From NCBI RefSeq assembly GCF_001194135.2, contig NC_068981.1, positions 46,031,561 to 46,095,560 on the forward strand: 64,000 nucleotides of DNA. Direction: 5' to 3'. This DNA comes from Octopus bimaculoides (taxonomy: Eukaryota). Below, piece after piece: positions 37,541 through 49,121 of the stretch. Numbering within the stretch: position 1 is the first letter of the stretch; every line of letters begins with the position of its first letter. The translations under genes and the position numbers were made by a program. The notes under the pieces are model-generated. The model did no database searches. It was not told where the DNA came from and worked only from the letters and a program-made list of their open reading frames with translations.

Positions 37541-38971
37541 ACAACATGAAGAGATCAAGTTTTGTTTTGAAATCACCTACATCCACTTTGCGTAGATTTT
37601 CAGGCTCTTGGGAGAACATTAACAAGCACTCAAAATCCAGGCTGTTGCAGTAACTGGTCATGAAGCAGGACGACATTTTTGGGACCTTTGGCTCTGTGCA
37701 ATGTCGAACCGTTCTAGCATTTGTGTAGCTTTTCATGTCAAAAGATTTGGTACTATCCCTTCCAGGATGTTACAGGATGTATATCGTAGCATAACTCTCC
37801 CGTCATCGCCCCAGAGAGTAGAGTCTTAGCTGTTGCAGCCTTTCCCATTAGCTGAGCTGTTGCGATGAGGCGATCTTCTTTGTGAAGCTTCGCTGGATTT
37901 CTTGAAGTTCAGCTGTTAATTTTACACGGCAGTGGCAATAGCAGTTCTCAAAGTGGCTTAGGACGAATATCCACTACAGAGCCATGATGGTTTCCTTCTC
38001 TCTGGTTTTGAATGTTCTCAGAATCGAGCCAGCCAGCCGTTTACACTTTGTCGCCATCTTGGTAATGCACACTTGGAAATAGGTATCATGACTCATGTCA
38101 ATACCCATGTCACGCACTGATTTAGGCTCTGGGATTGTAATCCTCCCATAGAGCAGTGTTTGCTGTAAGTTTTTCGTTCGGTGTTTTGTGCTGATAGGGC
38201 ATGTCTTGGAATGTTCCATCATTAAACTGTATATTATTGTCCTTAGTCCATCTGTAAATTGCGTCCAACTCCTGCTGCAGGCGTGCAAAACGGTAGGGCT
38301 TTGTATTTTCTGCGAGACTTTCGTATCGTCTGCGTGGCTAACACTGGTCGCTATCCGGGCAGCTGAGGATATATCTGAGAGGGCCACTATGAAATGCAGT
38401 GGTTCCAAGACAGTGCTCTGTGGAACACCACTCACAGTTTGTACATGCTTTGAGGTGGCTCAATTGACCACCACTGCCTGTCTTCTATCATTCAGAAAGT
38501 CACATAACTACTCTTCAAGTTTTCCAACTGTGGCAAAATCGCGCAGTTTGTGGTATATTATACCATGATGAAATTTATCAAAAGCTTTTGCAAATCCCAG
38601 GTACATTACGTCCACATTTGAGTTGTCCAGTAACCGCATAAACACCCAGTCATAGCACTGTAGGAGCCGTGTTAGGCAGATCCTACCTGGTCGAAAACCA
38701 TGCTGGGTTTCACTCAGCAAGTCGTTTTCTTCTTGTTATGTGATTAGTTTCCTTCTGACTATTTGTTCCATAAATTTTCTGATATGTGAAGTGAGAGAGG
38801 TCGGTCTATAATTTTGGCATCTGCTTTGCTTCCTCCTTTATAGATTGGACAAATTATTCCCGCCTTCAGTTTGCTCGGCGTCTTGCCATTTTCAAGAAAA
38901 CTCTGGAAAAGTATATGTAGTGGTTTTGCCAGGGCAGTTTTGCACGATTGCAGGAAGATTGCTGGGAGACC
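37541..38971 (-). mobile_element. CR1/L2-group LINE reverse transcriptase fragment, dead
   Basis: PIYKGGSKAD..YRPTSLTSH, QHGFRPGRICLT, VDVMYLGFAKAFDK, SGVPQSTVLEP, HADDTK, C-terminal FKTKLDLF (ORFs 38508-38720, 37974-38435 and 37539-37736 are pieces of it). Confidence 0.93.
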
Positions 38972-39544
38972 AAATTAAACCAAATTAAAAACAAATAACT
39001 TGCCCAAGGGACATAACTTTTAGAGGATTATTATTTGTCTTCATTTTATTTCAAAATACTGGTGTGGGCGCACTTTTCTGTACGTATGCTATATGAGTAA
39101 TATAACGACACAGATAATAACATATGTGTGAGTTGGGGGGTATAGCTGTAATAAGCTGCTTTACTTCATCATATTGCTCTAAGTATTACTTAATTGGAAT
39201 TATTTTACATTCGTTCTATATTTATATCTGTAGAAGGTCAATTTTCATTTCTTTTTATATTGCCTACCTTCACAATAGGAACCGTAGGTTAGTTTTATGT
39301 TATTCCTTGTATACATTTACAATAGAGACTGTAACTTAGATTTCGCTCCAACATTTTACTTTTGTTTCACGTATTCCACATCAGAAATTATGCGTCAGCT
39401 GATATTTTCCTATCTCAGTTGAGAATATTTGTACAAATTTTTCATTTCAAAATACACATTTTCCCTAAACAATGGAAGAAACAAATTCAGTGGGGCCATT
39501 TTCTGCAGGTATGCCATATGTGTAACATAACTAGACCTACATAA

Positions 39545-40247
39545 TTCTGCATTGGTTGATATTGAAGATCGGGTAATCTCAGTGGGAGGGGAGGAGCTCA
39601 GCAAGATTGGCTTAGCTGAAACTCATCGAAATGAGGTGAATGATTTGATCACAGAAGTTTTGTGAGAAACTTCATAATATATTGATTCTTTAGCAAAATT
39701 ATTTAAAGAAAATATTCCGAAACGTTTGCTAAACCAACAACTTGCATATACGACAAACGTTGACCAAGTGACACGTGAGAAAAGAGGATTATATTTTTAG
39801 ACACAATAGGAGGAACCAGAAAAAACTTTTGTTACCAGTGTAATGTTAGGCAAAGTCCTGCAGAAAAAGAAACTATCTTAGCTGTAGCTAGCATTGGAAT
39901 TGCTGCAACTTTATCTCATCGAACCTTCACGAGATGTCAAACAGCCCACGTAGCATTCAAGCTGCCATTCAATCTAATTTCAAATGCTGAACCTGTCTGG
40001 AATATTAGTAAAATTTATTCTTTAACTCAAGTTCTCATGCAATGATCTTTGATCATATGGGATGAAGCTACAATGCTCCATAAAAATTCAGTAGACGCTG
40101 TTAACAGAATGCTGCAGGATATTGGCAATTCCAATCGTTTGATGCGATGTGTGACAGTACTACTTTCAGGTAATTTCAGACAAACGTTGCCAATGATTCC
40201 CAGAGGAACAAAAGCAGATGACTTGAAAGCATGCTTGAAATCTATTG
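39545..40247 (+). mobile_element. Helitron Rep/Hel PIF1-helicase fragment, dead
   Basis: FLDTIGGTRK (degenerate Walker A), LAVASIGIAATL, TAHVAFKLP, IIWDEATMLHK (Walker B), VLLSGNFRQTLPMIPRGTKADDLKACLKS. Upstream ALVDIEDRVISVGG fits Helitron rather than the host PIF1 gene. Confidence 0.88.
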
Positions 40248-40825
40248 GCTCATTAATGTTTGATGAATCCTTGAAATTTGTTGATATCTTTTAAAACGGC
40301 CACAGAAATGGACTCTGAATGGGTTTTCTTCTGGTCACCGTCTTATATTTATATTATTTATGTTTTAATGTGTTCTACATATACTCTAGCTACAAAAGGA
40401 ACAGTACAACTAGACCGAGACTCATGTCAGACAACCAGAAAGCCCAAAAGATTCCTGGAGACAACACATAATGATGGGAACTTTGTCCCGTCGAACGTTC
40501 ACTAGATGGAATTATAAAGAAACATGTTAGTGTTACGTACATGTTAGTGTTACCTAAATGTTAGAATAACAAAACATGTAACTAAACTGATATATACATC
40601 TCGTCAGCTGCAACTGCATTATAGCACATCATGATTTCGATTCCTCAAAGTAACATTTATTCCAGAATTTACATATCAGCGAAGAATTGTAGATTACTGC
40701 TATGTGGTAGGGAACGAAACTTTTACCACACACCCAAATCTGTATCCACAGAAATGCGTGAGAACTATATCTCATTATTCCGCAAATAGAGTACAGTGTG
40801 CATCTAACATTATATTATGAATAAA

Positions 40826-41040
40826 GCGATGAGCTGGCAGAAACGTTAGCTTGCCGGGCGAAATGCTTAGCGGTATTTCCTGTCTCTACGTTCTGAGCTC
40901 AATTTCCACCGAGTTCTACTTTGCCTTTCATCCTTTCGGGGTCGATACATTAAGTATCAGTTGCTTACTGGCGTAGATCTAATCGACTGGCACCACACCC
41001 CAAAATGTTCGGGCCTTATGCCTAGAGTAGGAAAAAATAT
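40826..41040 (+). mobile_element. SINE family B, full length
   Basis: GAGCTGGCAGAAACGTTAGC (A-box-like), GTTCTGAGCTCAATTTCC (B-box-like), CTTTGCCTTTCATCCTTTCGGGGTCGATA, A-rich tail. Confidence 0.9.
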
Positions 41041-41117
41041 TATGAATTAAAATTTACATAGCCCTTAGCCAATGGATTGCTTCCTGACAAATGTTCCTTC
41101 ATAAAATTGAACTGTAT

Positions 41118-41569
41118 AGAACACTGCAAGTTTCCAACAAGGTTAGACGATTTGTCCCGAAGGTGAACTAGAACTGTGGATATCGATATTCCGGTATCGT
41201 TTTAGCACATCAGCGCCGTATACTCGATACACTACGAGACAAATTTTACCGCTAGCCAGAGGGATATATGCAGAGAGTCTAAAGTGTATTTGTCGATGTG
41301 CACATGGAGTAGCATATGTGAACTAAAATTAAATTTTGAATAAAAAGCAGCTCTTATAACGTAAACATCATCAATTACACATACAGGTTATATGTTTTGT
41401 GCGTTTAAGCCTATTAACTCCAATATAGCATCTTGGGAGATATACTTTCAGGACGCTGGTTTTTAAAATGTCTGACGTGAGTTGGAAAGATAGCAAAATA
41501 TCGATACCCTCTGTTCTTGTTCACCTTCGGGGCAAGTTGTTCTGCATGGACTGAGATATTCAGTGTTCT
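41118..41569. mobile_element. Old MITE-like element with inverted ends
   Basis: 41148-41190 versus the reverse complement of 41497-41539 is 36/43 identical. An extra AGAACACTG/CAGTGTTCT pair lies further out. No TSD is recognisable. Confidence 0.6.
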
Positions 41570-44528
41570 TTCACACTCGGTGAGCTGAAGAGGCATTTCC
41601 CAAAAGGCTATCCCTCACTTAATGGGCGCATTAACAAAGGTAACACACTATGCATGTGTCATCGATAGTGTGTACATGCTATATATACAAAAGATGCCTC
41701 TCAAACGCAGATATCTTAAATCATATTGTGCAATTAGGCTGCGTGCTGTGTAACATTTGTAAAAGGCATATACGTCAGTTACACATTACAGTTAGTTTTA
41801 AACGTAGCTAGCTACTTCGTGTACATAAGGACAATGGAAGCATTAATTCTGAACATAGCATTGAAGAAATGTGCGTAAGGATGAATAATTGACGTATATG
41901 CTTCTGTATGCATGATACCTGATTTCAAAAAGTAAAGCATGCCACTTTTGCGTTAAAGGTTTTACAAACCTAAACTTGCACTAGCTTTCGTATTCAAGAA
42001 AGTTACGTAAGAAAACGTTCTCGAACTTAAAAGAAAGTAATTTGTAGTGGATAGAAGTTAATACGTGTTACAAAGTAAAATACTATAAGGTCAGATAATA
42101 CATGATGAAATGATAAAATTGGATAAAATATTCAGAAATGAAGAATGAAAGGTAGACATAACAACAAACTGGAAAGTACAAGATTGCACAATCTGTAATA
42201 ATTATTGGCTACGTAATTAAATAAGCAGTTAAATTAGAAGTGGTTAAAACTTTTGTTGAAAAAAAAAAAGAAACTAACTGCAGTAACAAATTTGATTAAG
42301 TCTAATACATTAGTGATTCAATAAGAATTTGTAAATAGCTAATTTAATAATTAAGTGAATATAATAACTGCAGGGATAAAAACAAAAAGGTAATTCTGAA
42401 TGAAAATAGCAAAATTTTGGAATAAACTCTGATAAAAGTTCTGTTTTTGTTCATTAGTCTTCTTAGTTCTTTCAGATATATTATTACAAAGTAGGAATGC
42501 TCCAATAAATATGGCGGCAATGTCTCATACTGAGTAAAAAGTATGTATTGTTGCTGCAGGTGAAGATGAAATTTATGTTGACAGTGTTATCTTTCATGCT
42601 AAAATCAAAAATGTAGTAGAATGAAACGTTCATATACATGTAGTAATATGATAGAGACGTCTGGATGTGCAGCCGTGTTCAATAAGGTACTTCCTATATA
42701 GAAATATAATTAAGATGTTTTAATTTTCTAAAACACTTATAGTCTATAATTGCCGGTCGTCAGTCATTTCGAGTGACGGTTAAGTTATTTCTAATAGGAG
42801 TATATATCACGATTTTCCAAGGAACAAAGTTGACAATTTGGGTATTAATTTTGAATTGGCGAAAGTATTTTAAATTTCATATAGAAATATGTGTTGATTG
42901 AGTTTAATTGTCAACATATGAATCGAAATAAAATGTTATATTTTGCTTTGTATTTGCTTTCAAAAGTGTGTTTTGTGGTATGTAGGTATAATTCTATGCA
43001 ATAGTCTGAAGTGGAGAGAGTGCTAATAATGGTAGACACATATCTTCTTTAAATCGAAAATTGTTAGAGTTGTTACAATAACATAGAAATACTTTGATTA
43101 TGAACATGTGTTTCTTAAATTACTGATTTGTGTTTGACAGACTCGTGTCTTTTTTATACTTTTACTTGAAGAGCTTTTCCAGATTGAATCCAAACGATTC
43201 AATATAAAATTGCGAAAGCTATGAGTTGATTACTATTTCTCACTTAAGAGGGGTTTATACCATTATACATGGTCATTTTTGAACTCTGATAGAAGCTTAT
43301 ATTTGGTCACGATATATCTTTCGTTTTATATCAATCGGTTTCTTATCAGTGCATTGTTTTTTTGTTGTAGCTGTGTTAGGATAAATGTTTTCATTTGTGA
43401 ATATTTTGTATTGTAACGTGCAAAATGTGAACTAAATTAACCAAAATTACAAAAGAAAACTTAAGGATATTTATATGAATTTCAATTTCAAAATTTAACA
43501 TAAATATTTTGATATACCATCTAAGATTTTACAGTAGTATAGTGATTAATTTAAATCATAACGTGAAGTTGAGTACAATATACACACCTCCAGAGATTCG
43601 CACAAATATTTCATGAAATATATTCAAAATGCATATTCCAAAAAAAATATCCACATAAGCAGAGGCATATAAATATATACTGACGGGGAAAGAAATATTG
43701 AGATCATCATTAAGTTGAATAACAATCAGAACTGAATTGTTATATGAGAATATATTTTCTAAATTTGATATAATGGTGTCTGTATTTTCAATAAATGCAG
43801 TTGATTTTGTTTGGAAAAGAGCAGCCATATGTAGTTTCCCATATTTTATGTTAGTATCTTTTACATAGAATTGAATGAAAGAGCAATTTCTTTTTTATTC
43901 TGAAGTATATTGAAACACCATAATGCTGAATTTATATTATCCTAGAAAGCTAAGTGAGATTTCAGATTTATTACAAAGAATGATAGAATCAAATATGTTT
44001 TTCATTTATTACAAAGGTGAATATTTCCCAAAAATACCGATTAAAATTTTTTATTACCTATTAGAATGCCACAGTTAATTAATTTAAATTTAAATAATCA
44101 TTAAAATTCAATTTTGACAAAAACACTATTTTTAAAAGACGACATTTCAATTTTAATTATACACTCATTATTTTACGAATTATAAATATAATTAATATCT
44201 TTCTAAAATAAAAATGTATAATTATTTAAATATTATGCAGGAATAACTGAATATTAAGTTTGTCGAAGCTCTTTGTCTTTGATATCCTAACAACATACAT
44301 CACTAATGAAAGCGGTCATTCACGAAGTTAAAGCATACGTTTCATAATTTTTGAAACATTTAAATATTACTTACCATCATCTGTATATAAAAATTCCTAA
44401 GCACAACTACACATTCCCTCCCAAATTACAGCCTATATCTGATATTATATAACTATTTCTGTTTACTTTAAATATAATTGACGGACAATTTCGACAGTGG
44501 CCCACGTTGAATAAGACTCAGAATACAG

Positions 44529-44532
44529 ACAC

Positions 44533-44628
<96 letters not shown>

Positions 44629-44730
44629 ATGTACTATGTATGTATGTATGCGTGTATGTGTGTATGTATGTATGTATGTATGTATGCATGTGTGTATGTA
44701 TGTATGCATGTGTGCGTGTGTATGCATGTA
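44529..44730. repeat. Long (CA)n followed by (TATG)/(TG)-rich tract
   Basis: Direct reading. Confidence 0.95.
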
Positions 44731-44743
44731 GATAGGTAGGTAG

Positions 44744-44836
44744 GTGTTGCATTGTGGTTAAGAAAGTTGCTTTGAAAACGCCTAGTCTCGAGATCTGTCC
44801 TACTTTACGGCATATTGGACAAGTGAACTTCGATAG
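44744..44836 (+). mobile_element. Degraded SINE family A head
   Basis: GTGGTTAAGAAAGTTGCTTT...GGCATATTGGACAAGTG..CTTCGATAG loosely follows the family A head. Confidence 0.4.
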
Positions 44837-44844
44837 TGTGATGT

Positions 44845-45300
44845 AATTCTCTAAATAGAATGTGCGATCACTTCGCTACGCATAGTTTGCACTACTTAGA
44901 TTCGTTAATGTATGACTTGGATTTCTCTACGATTCTCCACCGGATTGTATGTGATGTGTAGTTGGTCTTCAACCACCATACATGTCTAATCAACTTAGTT
45001 ACTTTACTTTTGTCTGAAAGTAATTAGGTGGTTCAGGTACCGTCCTTTTAATTCGCCTTCAGATAACTCAGTATCTTTTTTCTTTACGGGTACAATTTAT
45101 TTCTGTGATTTTTGCTTCATAAACAAAGGAGTTTCTCATACACGCATTGGAAAGTGGGAAACCTTCAGTGTCAGCTTTTACAGCTGGATGTGCGTTCTTG
45201 CTGATACTTAGAAGTGACAATATTCTTCATATTTGTGCAGTACTTGTATGATATGTTAATCGAGCGTCTGTTAAAGGGCTTCCTGTATTATTGGTTAACT
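44845..45300 (-). mobile_element. Penelope-like element GIY-YIG endonuclease remnant
   Basis: Minus-strand pieces: FNRRSINISYKYCTNMKNIV; SFVYEAKITE; ELSEGELKGRYLNHLITFRQK; LIRHVWWLK...TIRWRIVEKSKSY...CKLC. These follow the PLE order VY..T...YIG.TE..FK.R..NH..SF...W.I....Y...C.LC. Confidence 0.75.
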
Positions 45301-45466
45301 AAGAAATCACTATCGAAAATAGACAATAATTCCTTGCTCAACGTAAGTTTTACCTCTTAGAAAAAAGAGGGGATGAAGCATAGTTTTCCAATTTCTAATT
45401 CTAGGTTTATTTTTACGATTCATATATTTATTAGAAGGGCTGTAATATAGCTTATCCTTGAAGCTG

Positions 45467-46258
<792 letters not shown>

Positions 46259-46501
46259 AGATAGATTTACAGATAGATAGATATACATACACGCACATAC
46301 ACACACACATATATACAAACATGTATAGTGTTCTGTAGCCTTGTATGAAGATCAAGAATATAGTTTCCGCATCTGGTGAGAGATAAGTATCATTTAAAAA
46401 ATACAGGATTTAATTGACACCACTATACTGCTAATGATTGAAGTGTGCACAACGTGCTTTACAAGCACATAGGATTACTATACTACCGTATATGAAATCT
46501 C

Positions 46502-46562
<61 letters not shown>
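46502..46562. repeat. (AGT)n microsatellite
   Basis: Direct reading. Confidence 0.97.
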
Positions 46563-46563
<1 letters not shown>

Positions 46564-46814
46564 CAATGTATGTGGTAAATGGGTATGTTTATGCTTATGT
46601 GTGTGTATTTTGCGAGTCATAACTAGTTGAATGAATCAAAATATAACTGACTAACTTTCTTTAAATCCTCTAAGAATCTGAAGTCGTCCAGTCTGCATGC
46701 ACTGCGAACATATTACCGGAAGTATACAAATGCTTCATCCAAAGAATATTATCATAGTATAAGCGAAAAGACGTTCATACTCTCTCCCGCTCTCTCTCAC
46801 TACAAACACACACA

Positions 46815-46815
<1 letters not shown>

Positions 46816-46864
<49 letters not shown>

Positions 46865-46890
46865 CTCTCTCTCTCTTTCTGTCTCTCTCT
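46816..46890. repeat. (CT)n microsatellite
   Basis: Direct reading. Confidence 0.95.
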
Positions 46891-47192
46891 CTTTCTCAAT
46901 ATATATATACATATACACGCATATCTGAATACATAGATTTTAAAGATGAGCACTTGTTCTAATATTTTGTCTACCCTCAAGATAATCCCTTGGATTAATT
47001 CGGCGGCAGATTCATATTTGAATGTCTTAAAATATGGATGTAATTGGATAAACAGAGTCACTTTACTCTTTCAAAAATTATAGTATTCATGTTTATGAAT
47101 TATTCATGGTTTCACTTAAAACACATTACATATCGGTAGAATTTCAACTGCAACAATACTGATAGTTACTAATATTTATTGATATTAACTAC

Positions 47193-47321
<129 letters not shown>

Positions 47322-48099
47322 TAATAATAATATCATCGTTGTTGTTCTTATTATTACAGCTAACACTTGAATAGAAACAGCAACGGTAACAATCGATATA
47401 ATTATAATTATTGTTTTTTTAGTATATTNNNNNNNNNNNNNNNNNNNNNNNNNNNNNNNNNNNNNNNNNNNNNNNNNNNNNNNNNNNNNNNNNNNNNNNN
47501 NNNNNNNNNNNNNNNNNNNNNNNNNNNNNNNNNNNNNNNNNNNNNNNNNNNNNNNNNNNNNNNNNNNNNNNNNNNNNNNNNNNNNNNNNNNNNNNNNNNN
47601 NNNNNNNNNNNNNNNNNNNNNNNNNNNNNNNNNNNNNNNNNNNNNNNNNNNNNNNNNNNNNNNNNNNNNNNNNNNNNNNNNNNNNNNNNNNNNNNNNNNN
47701 NNNNNNNNNNNNNNNNNNNNNNNNNNNNNNNNNNNNNNNNNNNNNNNNNNNNNNNNNNNNNNNNNNNNNNNNNNNNNNNNNNNNNNNNNNNNNNNNNNNN
47801 NNNNNNNNNNNNNNNNNNNNNNNNNNNNNNNNNNNNNNNNNNNNNNNNNNNNNNNNNNNNNNNNNNNNNNNNNNNNNNNNNNNNNNNNNNNNNNNNNNNN
47901 NNNNNNNNNNNNNNNNNNNNNNNNNNNNNNNNNNNNNNNNNNNNNNNNNNNNNNNNNNNNNNNNNNNNNNNNNNNNNNNNNNNNNNNNNNNNNNNNNNNN
48001 ATGCTAAGTATGACGATCTGAGAAACTTCCCTGTCGAATATAGTATCAATATTCAAAACAAACATATTCCATCAAAAATGCTAATAACTTGTTTTGTTA

Positions 48100-48120
48100 A
48101 TAATGATGATGAAGATGATG

Positions 48121-48184
<64 letters not shown>

Positions 48185-48202
48185 CGATGATGATAATGAT
48201 AG

Positions 48203-48247
<45 letters not shown>
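48100..48247. repeat. (GAT)/(AAT)/(GAT) compound microsatellite
   Basis: Direct reading. Confidence 0.92.
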
Positions 48248-48248
<1 letters not shown>

Positions 48249-48883
48249 ATTTCTCACTAACTTGTAATTAAGTCTGAAAAGTAGAAAAAAAGGCGTGTAT
48301 ATATATATGTACGATCTACAGAATCACAAACGCTTTTATTACTTGATCTTTGACACATGTTTCTTTCACGTATATTGTTTTATATTTGTAATTAAAGTTC
48401 CGATACATGATCATTTTTGGATAGAAAACAAATGGAGACCATTTGTTTTGTTATTGTAAAAACTTTAGAAACCTATAAAGCAAAGTATTTGAATTATCAA
48501 TTCGATTATTTAGTATATTTTAGTGTAGTACAGTCAACGTGCATATTTTGTGTTATTGGCACTTGTACAACCATAGTTGCAACTTATCTGGCTCCACTGA
48601 GTGAGAACCGCTATTGTTCACACACTTAAACCGTGATTCTAGCCAGCAAAGATTGACAGCTCTATTAAACATGGCCGGATCATATTACAACCGTTCTTCT
48701 ACTTCAATTTCCGGTCACATGGTTTAATCATTCGATAATATTGCAGCTCAATGTCGTCTTTTTATCGATTGATGCAGTAATTTGTCTTCTTCATGGCGTG
48801 TGTTACTTCCTAACATCCGGCTGTTCAACTACTTTGCATCATTTTCGTTCGCTCCTTTTTCAGTTTTAACAACTTGCTGCATT

Positions 48884-49010
48884 CTTCTTCTTCTTCTTCT
48901 TCTTCTTCTTCTTCTTCTTCTTCTTCTTCTTCTTCTTCTTCTTCTTCTTCTTCTTCTTCTTCTTCTTCTTCTTCTTCTTTTTCTTCATCATTTAGCTCCT
49001 GCTGCTCTCG

Positions 49011-49062
<52 letters not shown>

Positions 49063-49082
49063 CAATAATAATAATAATAATG

Positions 49083-49116
<34 letters not shown>

Positions 49117-49121
49117 TGATG
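48884..49121. repeat. (CTT)n, (CTA)n, (AAT)n, (GAT)n compound microsatellite
   Basis: Direct reading. Confidence 0.95.

Noticed and set aside
43556-43828. 90-aa minus-strand ORF (MAALFQTK...)
   Set aside because: Composition is dominated by AT-rich codons (I, N, F, Y), and there is no recognisable homology.
46940-47070. Protein-like stretch LFIQLHPYFKTFKYESAAELIQGIILR
   Set aside because: Only weak splice signals (AAG acceptor, GTAGAC donor), the ORF runs into microsatellite, and there is no homologue.
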